Source: Rotaria sp. (Eukaryota). From it: a stretch of DNA of 25,540 nucleotides. Made by a program: the position numbers and the translations under genes. Positions 10,740-21,690 of this stretch are shown piece by piece. The notes beneath the pieces are model-generated. The model was not told where the DNA came from, ran no database searches, and saw nothing but the letters and a program-made list of their open reading frames with translations. Where the stretch lies: the NCBI GenBank assembly GCA_905330235.1, contig CAJNUA010000212.1:92189-117728 (forward strand), in the 5' to 3' direction. Positions within the stretch are counted from its first letter, which is position 1. Each line of letters starts with the position of its first letter.

Positions 10740-11070
10740 ATGTTTAACCTTCTCTCGGCGTTTCTCATCAACATATGCTTTGTCCTTCTTTCTGTCATTA
10801 ATATGAATAGTTTATTGGCAAATGTTATGATACCGATATTCATATCCTCTTCTGTAATTGCCACGCAGTTATTCTCATCGTCCTCTTCATATCTCTCTCT
10901 CTCTTTCCTTTTATTGTTCCTTGCTCTCGTTTCTCTTTCTTCGTTGTGTATATAAACGAATGTTCGATATGTAAACGATGCTATGATTGATATGAAGAAG
11001 CTAAATAAATTGTAGTTCCTTTTGCACAAGCACTTTTTCTATCTAAATATCCTCGCAGAAAGTTTCACGA
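10740..11070 (+). repeat. Dispersed repeat family 2, copy 2 (CT-rich tract, GTGTATATAAACG, 'tatgtaaacga', 'gatatgaagaag', AATAAA).
   Basis: 'cgttgtgtatataaacgaatgttcgatatgtaaacgatgctatgattgatatgaagaagctaaataaa' aligns with copies 1 and 3. Confidence 0.5.
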
Positions 11071-12379
11071 GCAATTGCTTCAAAGTGGTGAGTAAATTAT
11101 TAATATGATTCAGTAGGGAGAAGAAGCTATTTCGAATTTTATTTGCATGACAGGAAGACGCTAAGAATATTAGAAGCGGTTGGCATCAAAGTGACAATAA
11201 TATCTGTACTCAATTTTACTTTAGCTAATGAATTTGTCATTAAACGTTGCTGTCAAAAGAGCGTTGAACAATTAACTTTTGCACATAAAATTTCCAATTA
11301 ACTCTTAAAGGGTTTATGCCTATATTTGATATTTTTGAAGGGTATATGTGTTGAGAAGTTTTTGTACTATCAGTATATGCAAGAGAGAAGGTTATGTGAC
11401 GCCTATTGAAGACAGACTTTATGAGGCATTCGAGAAAGTCGATATAATTGTCGTAAATGACATTTACTTTGTTTTACATGATTCGATTTCTAAAAGATAG
11501 CTGGGATTATAAAAGCTTTTTTGATCTCCTGTGATATAATTTGACGGAGTTACAAGCATTGGAACATAAGAAGGTCTCTAGAAAACCAAAAAAAAACCAG
11601 CACCATTGTTTCGCTTACATCTTCGTCATTTTTTGTTTGGTCAGATTGGATCATCTGTCATTCGAAAGAGCACATAAAACTTAATAAAAAGCATTTTAGA
11701 TCATTCTAAAAAATTGAGCCTTAATATTGAAATTTTGTTTTCCGAAAAGCTGCATTTTCTACATCAAATGTTTTCCACTATTTAGTCCTTTTCCCACATG
11801 ATAATCACTTTTGGAGAAACTTTAATGCAGTATAACCAGTAGAGAATTTTGTGCTCTGCAAAAGTCTAGTAAAGATTCTGACAAATAAGTTTCAAAAAGA
11901 GTTAAAAAAGACGCGAGAACATTTTTCAATTGCATGAATTTGCACCTTTTTTGAATGATATCTAGCAGATTTCGGGTTAGCAAAAATTAAACTTTGATCA
12001 ACATCTACATCATATTTTGAACCAGCATCAAAAACTGAGCCGACTTATGTGCATTTCAAATGTTTTTGAGACTTTTTTTTATAGAAAAGTTCAACCATAA
12101 TCCTCCTCAGAGTTTAGTGAAAGATGAAATTTATCAGAGTTATTTCCGCAATGAGAAATAAGTTATAAAGTTGTAAAATGATGGTAGAACACACAATAGT
12201 AGATGACTACCCATATGAAAAAAAGTGAAAAAAAAAACACTAAAAAGCACTTTTAGTATTAATAAAGTATAATAAATTAATTTTTACCACTATTTTCCAC
12301 TTTTTACAGTAATTAAGCGGACTTTTCCGACTTTCAAAATTATTTAATAGTAATTCTCTCATCCTTAAAGTACATCGAA

Positions 12380-12660
12380 TGAATTTTTCTACTAGAACAG
12401 TAGTTTATCAAACTATTCATACTTTAAAAAGTACCTTAAAGTACTATAAATGCTTACGAAAGTAATACTTCAGCGTAATATTCACAGTTTCGAAAGTACT
12501 CTATAGTGATATTCGTAATTTCGAAAGTATCCAAAGTACTTTATAGTAACTTTGATAGTTACAACAGTAATTTGTAGTACTTTCGATTGTTGCAAAACTA
12601 CTTTAAAGTAATATTCAGACTTTCGAAATTATCAATAGTACTATAAAGTACAGGGTGTCC
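12380..12660. repeat. Degenerate ~40-bp tandem repeat, ~7 units ('aaagtact.tatagt.a.attc..a.tttcgaaagta').
   Basis: The motifs 'tttcgaaagta' and 'tatagta' recur at roughly 40-bp spacing. Confidence 0.55.
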
Positions 12661-12810
12661 CAAAAATCCGAACGGATAAAAAAATTGAATCTCTTCACTG
12701 TCCTTTGATCAAATGAGCTCATTTTTTTCTTGGTGATAGAAGATACTTTAAAGTTTTGTTTCATAAGAAAACCGTTAACAGATACTACCTTCAACCATCA
12801 TTTTTAACTT

Positions 12811-12859
12811 CAGGGTGTGGGTATTCATGTTTTCATACGCGCAGTGACACCCACACCTG
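12811..12859 (+). repeat. Foldback/hairpin repeat copy B: CAGGGTGTGGGT, loop 'attcatgttttcatacgcgcagtgac', ACCCACACCTG.
   Basis: The inverted arms and conserved loop are shared with copies A and C. Confidence 0.7.
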
Positions 12860-12869
12860 CATCCCCCCC

Positions 12870-13125
12870 CCCTTGTCCTTTCCCACAGGTACATTGTAGC
12901 GATATTTTTGTATCTGTTCTTTCTCATAAATTTGCTTCCGGTTATTCATATCTTCCACTTCTGTTCTATTTCTGTTTTTCTTTTCTTCTGTCTCTTCTGG
13001 TTACGTATATAAACGTGTGCTGTGTACATAAACGATACGATTCTTGATAAGAAGAAATATAATCAGGCGTAATTCCATCAGTTCTAACCCTTCTTCTATC
13101 CAAAAATCGTCACAGACCTCAGGCA
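12870..13125 (+). repeat. Dispersed repeat family 2, copy 3. It directly abuts foldback-repeat copy B and ends '...aaaatcgtcacagacc'.
   Basis: 'ggttacgtatataaacgtgtgctgtgtacataaacgatacgattcttgataagaag' aligns with copies 1 and 2. Confidence 0.5.
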
Positions 13126-14015
13126 TACTTCGCTCCGACACGAGAAAAAAAGGATATGGTAACTAGAACAAAAAGACATAGCAGTATAGCTTTTTGTCTT
13201 AAAAATTAATTTTTTGATAATGTTTGTTATGACATTCTATAGTTTAGAAAGATACCGATATTGTTGCAGCCAACGTATGTTGTTTCATTCGTTACTCGCA
13301 CAATCATTTGTCTTTTAGTGAAAAATCCAACAGTACAATTTTAGTTTCTTCTCTCGCTCTCTACTTGAATTTTGTTGTTATATGTTACTGTTACAGTTTT
13401 ATCAATTGGTCAAATAAGTATGTTTCTTTGAAACCTTTTTTTATTCACCTTTATTAGAGAAAGCGCAACACTTATATAGGGAGAAGATAATAACTTCTTA
13501 GTTTATTCCCATTTGCGTAGTACGATACAGTTGGGGAGAAAGACGATAATAATATCACGATTGTCTAAATGTTGGAAAAAAAACAGTTTAAACGAATAGA
13601 TCAAAGAATACGAAAGAGGAAAGGGGAAAGAAGGAAAAAAACATGAATGATAGAACAGAAAGAAAGAAAGTATCATGCTATATATAGAAGCGAAGGAACA
13701 TCTTAGTTGTTCGCTAAAAGTTACGCATTTGCATTAATCGGATTCACTTTTTCTCTCGTCATACCTAGCGAAAAACTAAGTTTTTATCATGTCGTCTTGC
13801 TTTCGAAAAGTCATGATTTATTTCAAAAAACCTACTTTTACAATTAGTTACAATACTTCAACTAATAATATAGATTTTGAAATATATATTAAATACTATC
13901 GAGTCCAAGCTTAGAAAAAAAAACACTTATTGTACAGTCTTCAAAATACGTTAAATAAATGAGCGAATGATTACTAATAGATATTTCTTTTTTTTTTCAA
14001 ATCAAGAAATTTAAA

Positions 14016-14418
14016 ATGACAACACCAAGTTCAAAACGAATATTGAGTGAAATAGAAAATTTACGAACCTTAGCAACAGATAATAATCCATCATCTGTTC
14101 AATTTCTTCTTGATACAACATCTGTGGAAAATCTAGAATCAAGTGTAATTCTTGGAAGAATTTTACCTAGATCACAAATTTATAATCAAGCTGCATTTCA
14201 AATAGAAATAAAATTAATCATACCCTATCCATTTAAACCACCTGAAGTTCGGTTTATTACACCTATTTATCACCCGAATGTTAGCGACGATGGCAAAATA
14301 TCTATTAACATACTTAATGTTGGAGATAGTTTCTCACCAAAAACATCATTAGTTGATATTGTTAAAGCTATTGTTAATCTTATTGATAACCCAGATCTTA
14401 GTAATGTGCTTCAAACAA
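14016..14418 (+). CDS. Ubiquitin-conjugating enzyme E2, UBE2L3/UbcH7-family, exon 1. The ATG is at 14016 and the exon ends in phase 1.
   Basis: The UBC fold is seen: AFQIEIKLIIPYPFKPPEVRFITPIYHPNVSDDGKISINIL, compared with human UBE2L3 [41 protein letters not shown]. The donor is caaacaa|gtaaat at 14419. Confidence 0.8.
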
Positions 14419-14475
14419 GTAAATTTTTAAATTTCTTATTAATCTGTTTTGTCAGATATTTTTTTTATTTTAAAG

Positions 14476-14564
14476 ATATTGCTGCTGAATATTCACAAAA
14501 CAGAGCTGAATTCGATCGTAAAGCATTAGAAATGGTCACAAAACATGGTTTACCGCGACAATAG
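14476..14564 (+). CDS. UBE2L3-family E2, exon 2 (...NIAAEYSQNRAEFDRKALEMVTKHGLPRQ*). The TAG is at 14562-14564.
   Basis: The acceptor is ttttaaag|AT at 14474-75. The 57-nt intron restores the match to human ...[28 protein letters not shown]. If read through, the intron would insert a nonsense hydrophobic stretch (TSKFLNFLLICFVRYFFYFK). Confidence 0.75.
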
Positions 14565-15264
14565 GCTTCAATATTTTTAATTATTATAGACTTCGTTTTT
14601 TTTAATATAATTTATTCTTAAAAAACCCAATTATTGTTTCATGCGAATTTGTAAGAAAGAAATTTATGTCTGTTTAGTCAGCTTGTGTTTTTTTCCTTGT
14701 ATGCAAATCAGAGATTAGTATTCTCTTTTTCCTATTCTGCAATAAAAACATCAATAGACAGCACAAAATGAAAACACAGTATACGTGGATTTCTTGTTTT
14801 GTGTTATGATTTCCTGACAAAGAATGAATTTTGCACTGTTTTCTTTTTACAATTTCTGCCTTATTGACAAAGTCAAAGCCCATCATGTCGATCTCAGCGT
14901 TTCTTCTCATTTGTGAATATAAAATCGATATTCAAAAGCTGTTAAATTTAATTTCAAGTATTATAATAGAAATCCTTAAGTGTCAAATTTTCGTCTTTTT
15001 TTGGAAATTTAAAAAAAAAGTATTAATAACAATCTTAATTCAAACCTTCAGTTTTAATTTTCACTAGCTGCAATTTTATATAGTTCGCTAGACACAATTG
15101 GTACTTTGAATGTCATGAGTTCTTTTTGAATTTGAACACACCATCTAATTGTCATTATAACATGGGATCAAACATCGAGTAAATACAAACTAATTCAGGT
15201 GAAAAAGCGTCTCCATACAGAAATCAAAAATATAGAAAATGATGTTCAAAACACTATATAGACT

Positions 15265-15328
15265 CAGGGTGTGTGGGTGTGGGCATGGGTATTAATGGTT
15301 TCATACGCGCAGTGACACCCACACCCTG
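15265..15328 (+). repeat. Foldback/hairpin repeat copy C: CAGGGTGTGTGGGTGTGGG, loop 'catgggtattaatggtttcatacgcgcagtga', CACCCACACCCTG.
   Basis: The inverted arms are near-perfect over 13-15 bp. The loop is conserved with copies A and B. Confidence 0.7.
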
Positions 15329-17245
15329 TCATCCAAATTAGTTTGTAAGGTCTTTAAAGATTCCTTCAGTGCTCTTGAATAAAACTAGATACAGAATTTC
15401 TAAGCCCATATTCAGAAAGCGCACAAAATTTTCCTTCTAATCCATAGGTTTCGACTCGTCTGAAATACTTTCAAGCAGGCGCAAAATGAGCACACATTTT
15501 GTCTAAAAACTTTCGATCCACCCGTTAGTAGGCTTTTAATTCTTATTCTGATTTTTCTTGGTGATGTTCATAGTCATAATCAATTTGTTGACCTTGCTCA
15601 TTTTGTTGTTGAGCTTTTCGTGTGCGCTTTAACTCTGTAAAAAGCATTTGTAATAAGAGCGCTTAAAACTACTTTTATTCAATCTAATCTAATCAAAAGA
15701 GAAAATTTGTATTTTTTGCCACAGATAAACGATAGATTTTGGCTTTTTTTTATATGATTCGAGTTCCTCATGTTCCTAATTTTTTTCAATTAGTTAAATA
15801 GTTTATTTACGATGTTTGACTTCTTGCTTAGCCTATGTAGACTATCCAAAACATCACAGAATTTCTTCAGCTGCTTTTAAACAAGAAATCGCTCAAGAAT
15901 CTGGTCGACTACAGTTAATTTGTGATAGGTTACTTCCATGTGTAATCAATTACAAAGACACATAGGCATCTGAAAAATCTTTGTATATTCCATTTTATAG
16001 AGTTTATTATGCTAATCATTTTTTGTAAAGGAAAATTATATTTTGATCTATAAATAACTGTGTTACACTTCAGGTACTGAAACATCGAATTGGTCAGAAT
16101 CAGAGAACAATTTGACATTTTTCGGTGATTTGACGCCAGCAACTTTATTTGCTGATAAAAATAGAGATATTTTTACAAGAGTAATCAGAAAAAAAAGCTA
16201 TATGAAACAAAATATGCCAACAAATTTTTGGATACGTTTGTGGTTGTTATTGTTGTGATTACTTATGAGAGTAACTGGTAAAAACGGGTTGTCGATGTAT
16301 GGGCGTGATATTTATGCTGGTCTCAACTAGACCCATACTCTTCTACACACACACCCCATACATAGTGTAAGCTGATTGCGTTCACAATACTGAAAATCAA
16401 ATCGTTTTTTCAAAACTATTTTTTTCACTTTCTTGTACTCATGGAAATGTTAATGTAGGTATACATGCACTTATTGGTCTTCTATTCGACATTATCCTCA
16501 CCCATACCCACATCCTGAATCGCTTGAAAAGATTTTTTCCTCTTATCATATGGCGAACACTAGTTCGTCTCCGACGATATGGTATTATAAACTAACCTTG
16601 ATATTCTAGAATTTTTTTAGAAAATGCATGTCCGTGTATCGCGGAGCGCTTTGTTTATAGCTCACTCATATTCTACGTATCTAGGTTTATTTTTATTAAA
16701 GACAGATTTTGTTTGGCGAATGCGTGCTTGATCAATATATTTCTTACCATAATCAAACAGGTAGATGTTTTAAGTAGCGGCAGCTGCAAACCTCTTTACA
16801 GGTTGAATACAAGACCTCTGCGTGAGAGTGTTGGTTTTTCTGCATTAACAATTCTGTAAGCCGTCTAGTTTAGATATCTAGTCGACTGATATATGCAATT
16901 GGCGACAACATCCATAATGAAGTGCATTAGTGTCGTGCTTGGTGATTTGCCGACATTTTCACAATATACCTCTTTCATCGACTTGTGCAATGACATGAAA
17001 TACATGACATGTGCCGAATTGTAAGGAAAAAAATGTCAACAGCATTGGTCTACTTATTATTTCTCTTTTTCTTTCTACCAAACAGCAGGTAATTGAATAT
17101 TAAACATCACAAAAAACTACCTGTGCTTCTCGATGATTACAACGGAAACAGGCAGTTGCGAACAATGTTATTCTTTTGAAAATGAAAATGGAAGCCAAAA
17201 TGAATATATTTGTAGATTAGTTAGGAAATTATTGATTACTTTCAG

Positions 17246-17404
17246 ATGAAACAATCGACTCCATCTACTCCATCTTTGTCACCATTTAATGGTAAATCAA
17301 TTGTCCTCGAACTTGGCCATGAAATAGGCTTCAAAGCTAAACAAGAACTGATCAACTTTTTACGAGAACAGAAAGCACATATTTCATATATTCTTACAGC
17401 TAGT
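17246..17404 (+). CDS. PARP4: PARP4 (vault poly-ADP-ribose polymerase) orthologue, exon 1: the ATG and the first half of the BRCT domain.
   Basis: FNGKSIVLELGHEIGFKAKQELINFLREQKAHISYILTAS is a BRCT pattern. The donor is AGT|gtacgt. Human PARP4 also begins directly with a BRCT domain. Confidence 0.65.
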
Positions 17405-17463
17405 GTACGTTCTACTTCTATTTCACAAGTATGCCGTTGAAGTTGACTACTGTTTTTTTGTAG

Positions 17464-17671
17464 ACTGACTACGTTTTAGTCACGAATAATGTAGACAGCT
17501 ACAAAACACGTCGTGCCAAAGAGCTCAGCTTGCCACTGGTCAATGTTGAATATGTGTACGAGTGTCGTCGTTTGCCGCCTGGTCAAACATCGGCCGATAT
17601 TAGCAAATTTATCATCAAGTCAGTTGAAGACCAGGAAAATTTTACAAAGACCGGCACTATTTCCATTACAG
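17464..17671 (+). CDS. PARP4: PARP4-like exon 2: the second half of the BRCT domain (TDYVLVTNNVDSYKTRRAKELSLPLVNVEYVYECRRL...). It ends in phase 1.
   Basis: The acceptor is ttttttgtag (17461-63). The donor is ACAG|gtattact. Confidence 0.65.
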
Positions 17672-17728
17672 GTATTACTAGATTTCTTTTTTTTTTGAAA
17701 AATCCTATCAGACATATCTGTTTGTTAG

Positions 17729-17862
17729 GATCTCGAACAAATACGATCAAAATTAAGAAAGTCGATTTGATTAAAATCAAGATATGGAATTCGGACGATT
17801 TCGATTTGCCTTGTTTCGATGAGTTAACACATTGTGAAATTGGCAAATGGGCAATTTTTAAA
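17729..17862 (+). CDS. PARP4: PARP4-like exon 3 (linker region).
   Basis: The acceptor is tgtttgttag and the donor is AAA|gtacag. The preceding 57-nt intron is a multiple of 3 and has no stop, so read-through of that intron cannot be excluded. Confidence 0.5.
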
Positions 17863-17922
17863 GTACAGTTTTATTCATATGTTGTAGCAATTGTTCTTTT
17901 ATAATTCCACTGTTTGTAACAG

Positions 17923-18219
17923 GAAACTAATGATAATTCAGATGTATTTTTTGTTCTTGAACTCCAAGTTATTCCTGAAACATACTACGATCAAACAACA
18001 AGCGATTATCGACTACGATTTCGATACGAAAAACGGAGTATTTTTGACGAAGGTCAAAAACAAGATAGAAAAGTCTTGATACAATATGCGTTCGGCAATG
18101 ATCCAAACGAGCAGCTACAATTATTTGCATCATACTATTATCGAGTAGCCACAATGCCACGTGTAACACGAATTCGTGAGATGTTACCGGACAAATTAGG
18201 ATCAAAACTATTGTTACGT
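17923..18219 (+). CDS. PARP4: PARP4-like exon 4 (ETNDNSDVFFVLELQVIPE...RLRFRYEKRSIFDEGQKQ...).
   Basis: The acceptor is tgtaacag and the donor is CGT|gtaagt. This resembles the human PARP4 'VVVELQ...FLLDDGMETRRQF' region. Confidence 0.6.
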
Positions 18220-18278
18220 GTAAGTTAATAATGTTAACGAAGAGAAAATATTTTCCAAAAACAAAGTTACATTTGTAG

Positions 18279-18416
18279 TCTTTATTTACCCATCGTATCG
18301 ATACACAAATACTCGATGATAATGCATGCCAATTGATCGAATCGATTTGGCTAGAATCAATAGGTGATCTAAATAAGATTTTGAGCGTACAACCTGAATC
18401 AATCAATCTTAAAACG
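18279..18416 (+). CDS. PARP4: PARP4-like exon 5 (SLFTHRIDTQILDDNACQLIESIWLESIGDLNKILSVQPESINLKT).
   Basis: The acceptor is atttgtag and the donor is ACG|gtatgc. It matches the human 'LVEMIWAEALGHLEHML' pattern. Confidence 0.6.
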
Positions 18417-18475
18417 GTATGCATATTCATTTTGATACATTCAAATTATAGATAATACCTTATCTTATTAAATAG

Positions 18476-18631
18476 ATCATCGAAGCCGAAGCTGCCCTAC
18501 TCGAACTTAAATTGACCAATGATCCGGCTGCAGCACTTCGTTTCTATTCACTTATTCCCCATCGACCAGAATATAATGTTGATCTCATAAAGAATCGTCG
18601 AACATTGACCGAAAAAATAGATTTATGCCAA
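18476..18631 (+). CDS. PARP4: PARP4-like exon 6, the PARP alpha-helical regulatory domain (ALRFYSLIPHRPEYNVDLIKNRRTLTEKIDLCQ). Its end is defined by an apparent GC donor.
   Basis: The FYxLIPH motif is seen. Joining at CAA|gcatgt to ag|ATG reproduces human ...KADLCQLIRDMVNV... The alternative GT donor at 18636 leads to a stop or a deletion. Confidence 0.55.
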
Positions 18632-18680
18632 GCATGTCTATTTCATTCGAATATTTCACTTAATCTTCTTTATCATTCAG

Positions 18681-18841
18681 ATGATTCGAGATATGATAAC
18701 AGTCAACGAACTAACTAATTGGAATGTTAAAGCACCAATCGAAGCTAAATATCGAGCATTAAAATGCCACATTGAAACGGTAGATAGTTCAACACCTGAA
18801 TTTAAGAATGTTGCTGATCTCATTCAATCGTCAACAGACAG
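18681..18841 (+). CDS. PARP4: PARP4-like exon 7 (MIRDMITVNELTNWNVKAPIEAKYRALKCHIETVDSSTPEFKNVADLIQSSTD).
   Basis: It matches human LIRDMVNVCETNLSKPNPPSLAKYRALRCKIEHVEQNTEEF. The donor is AG|gtgaga at 18842. Confidence 0.65.
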
Positions 18842-18895
18842 GTGAGAAGAATTGACGTTCGATTTCATCGTGATAATTTGGTTTTTACTCACTAG

Positions 18896-19033
18896 CGATG
18901 AAAAAATTATTATTCATCACGTCTTCAGCGTAGCCAAACAAACAGATGCACTCAATTATTGTACATCACTATCTCATCAACGGCAACTATTTCATGGATC
19001 GAAATATGCCAATTTTCTTGGAATTCTGTCACG
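18896..19033 (+). CDS. PARP4: PARP4-like exon 8, the start of the catalytic domain (…HQRQLFHGSKYANFLGILSR).
   Basis: The H-G-S nicotinamide-pocket motif is seen. The acceptor is cactag and the donor is CG|gtaatt. Confidence 0.7.
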
Positions 19034-19087
19034 GTAATTTTTTTTCATTCTTTAGGCAGCATTTATAGTGCGACCGTATACCTTCAG

Positions 19088-19373
19088 TGGTTTGGCCATG
19101 CCAAAAATGGTCGTTGAAGAATTGGGTGTCGTACGTACTGATATTGGCTGTCTCGGTTATGGGATATATTTTTCTGATTCTGCTTCTACAACTCTGAAAT
19201 ATACGACAGCAAGTACAACACGACCAGGTCGACGATTATTGTGCATCTGTCAAGTAGCGCTAGGCGAATCGGCTAACTATTATTCATTTTCACCGACTCT
19301 TACTAAACCTCCCGATGGTTTTCATAGTACGCATGGAGTTAAACGAATGGAAGAAAATCATTCAATGTTTACT
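19088..19373 (+). CDS. PARP4: PARP4-like exon 9, catalytic domain (GLAMPKMVVEELGVVRTDIGCLGYGIYFSDSASTTLKYT...LLCICQVALGES...HGVKRMEENHSMFT).
   Basis: It contains the GIYF(A/S)D motif. The acceptor is ccttcag and the donor is ACT|gtaagtag. Confidence 0.7.
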
Positions 19374-21539
19374 GTAAGTAGTTTGTGCTCTGTCAACCGG
19401 ATCACAGCTGCATCACTGAGTGATAGAAAAATGTGCAGCAGTGGCAACGGACACTGTGCATGATAGTGTTCGACTCGGATGGGATCACGAAAAAAACATT
19501 TGAATCTTGAAGTGGATCTGCATTCTAGACATTTTGCAGATACAAAATACAGTCTAAATGTTTTGTCTATTTCGAAGTCCTATTCAATAAAGCGGAAAAG
19601 CTGAATGAAACAAAAATGTATATATGGTTCGATCTTTTCTTTCACTTTCACACAATCTTCGTTATTGAAATCGAGCTTGCAGGTTGTATATACAACAAGT
19701 GAATGGCAAATGAGAAAAAATTCTATCATCTAATCATTTCGTGCCAATAATAAAATATCGACGAAGCATTAAAAACGAATAGAAATTAAAGGTCTATTCT
19801 TTGTTTTTAATCATGAAATGAACGAAAGAAAAAAAGAAATTGAGAAATTACTTTTCTCGAGAGAAGGAGAAGAGTTGTCGACAGCAGAATCCGACTAGGA
19901 TCAGGCTGGGTCAGCTCACAACATACTGAACCCTCTTAGACACTGGTGCATGATGTATTTCACTCATGTCTATTAGGAATATTATTTTCGTGTCCACTTG
20001 AAATGCTGATATATCGAAAGGATGCATTCGATAATAAAGTAGAGTTTACACAAAGTAATGCTATTCATTTCGTAAAATTGTTGTGTTTCATAGAAAAAAA
20101 ATAGTTCATTGTATTCTCTATGTATGCTACACAATGATGGCAAATTCTAAAATATTTATCAAGTGTTTTGTAGTATTCCAGGTAGTTAACTCAGCTGTGA
20201 AGAAAAAGGCTATTGTTTCAACTGTACGAAATTACCTTCGTGTCAGAATATTTTGCTAGAGCTTACATAGCATCATTCGCTTATTTGACAAGTTTTCATA
20301 TTGTTAGTTTTAATGATTGAATTAGTAGTTGAAAACACTTTTACGTACCATTCGATATTGAATTAAAAAGGCCACATTTACATCAGAAGCATTTTTGAAC
20401 ATATACGAGACTTTAGTGTAAATTTCACTAATTTATTGTCAACAAATAAATATTAAAAATGTCAGCATTCAAATTCAGCTTAAAATTTAGCAGTCAAAAC
20501 GAAGCAAAGCCCAATACACTTAATCTAAAACAACTCAATTTAGAGCAAGTTTTAATGAATTCCTACGCTAATGCAAATTATTCGGTAGAACAAACGAAGA
20601 ATATTTTGTTGCCTTCTGTACATTGTAGTATGAAGTTGATTGAGCGTCTATAGTTTCGAGAAATAAGGAGGTATGATTTTTTTAAATTTTGACACTCATT
20701 CTAGTAATGTATTTGAAAGTTGATCTTTTATACATTAAAGCAAAAATCAAATTAACGTTTTAACGTAAGACATCTTTTATAAAAAATAGTCCATTAGATT
20801 TTGCATTGAATGTGAGGCGAAAGTTTCTTGTTATTCATACAGCAAGCAAAAATTTGAAAAATACGAAGTACTTTCAATGATCATTCGAGACTTTACTATG
20901 CAAAAAAATAATGTTAAAATGAGATGCGCTTTCTGGTTCGTTTCTTGACGTAGTAACGTGCAAGTACAATTAATCAAACAGATGACAACGTGATAATGGT
21001 GACCATAGCTGGTCGTATCGAAAAAATATTTCTCTCAGAGATAAAACAGAAAACTCTAGGTCTTCTAATATGTGTAACATGTCATTCTAGGAAACAAGAG
21101 TTTCAACTGTCTTCTTGTATTTAAGAAAATAAAAGTGGCCAATGCATCATGTTCAAGTGAGAAATAGAACGAGATCCGAGCAATGTATTTTCATGTAAAA
21201 AAAAAGGGTAGCTCTTTCTCAAGTCACAAACATTGGATTGAATTGAATATTTATAATTATCTGTCGCCGAACTTTGATCTTTCATCTATGTTAGAATAGT
21301 CCTTGATTTGATTTTCATGAAAAAAATCCGAAATTATCAGACTTATACATAATGTGAGACCGAGAATCTCTGATTCCGTGTCTCAATTAGGTCACTATCA
21401 GTTTTCTTGCATGGCTACTATGGATTTGAAACTCTAATTGAACCCCATCAGAGACCAAATTAGGACTTAACATTGAGGATAACACTACTTCGAGCATCTT
21501 TAATCATACAATGCAAACATTTATTCTTTATCGAAATAG

Positions 21540-21690
21540 GATAACGAATATGCGATCTATCAGCTCGATCAACAACGTCTACTCTACATTGTGGAAGTGT
21601 CATGGACACCAAATGATGCTCTCAATATTGAATTAGAAAGATTACCGATTATTCACCATCAACAACATACATTACAATTGAGTGAACAAG
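21540..21690 (+). CDS. PARP4: PARP4-like exon 10, the end of the catalytic domain (DNEYAIYQLDQQRLLYIVEVSW...), with the catalytic Glu motif.
   Basis: This is the (D/N)EY(I/V)VY signature of PARP catalytic domains. The acceptor is cgaaatag and is in phase with exon 9. The donor is CAAG|gtaata. Confidence 0.7.

Noticed and set aside
17672-17728. Whether the 57-nt segment between PARP4 exons 2 and 3 is an intron or coding
   Set aside because: This could not be decided. The segment is in frame and has no stop, as the track's read-through ORF shows. It does have plausible GT...AG ends, though the donor (GTATTA) is weak. I kept it as an intron at reduced confidence.
17583-17846. 87-aa minus-strand ORF
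   Set aside because: It is antisense to the PARP4 BRCT exons, and its 'M' start is not supported by homology.
17969-18430. 153-aa minus-strand ORF in the supplied track
   Set aside because: It lies antisense to well-supported PARP4 exons 4-5 and their introns, and it has no recognisable motifs. It is most likely a chance ORF in AT-rich DNA.
19374-19463. Reading through the exon-9 donor to give ...MFTVSSLCSVNRITAASLSDRKMCSSGNGHCA*
   Set aside because: That would terminate the protein before the conserved (D/N)EY(I/V)VY catalytic segment. Splicing from 19373 to 21540 is in phase and restores the motif.
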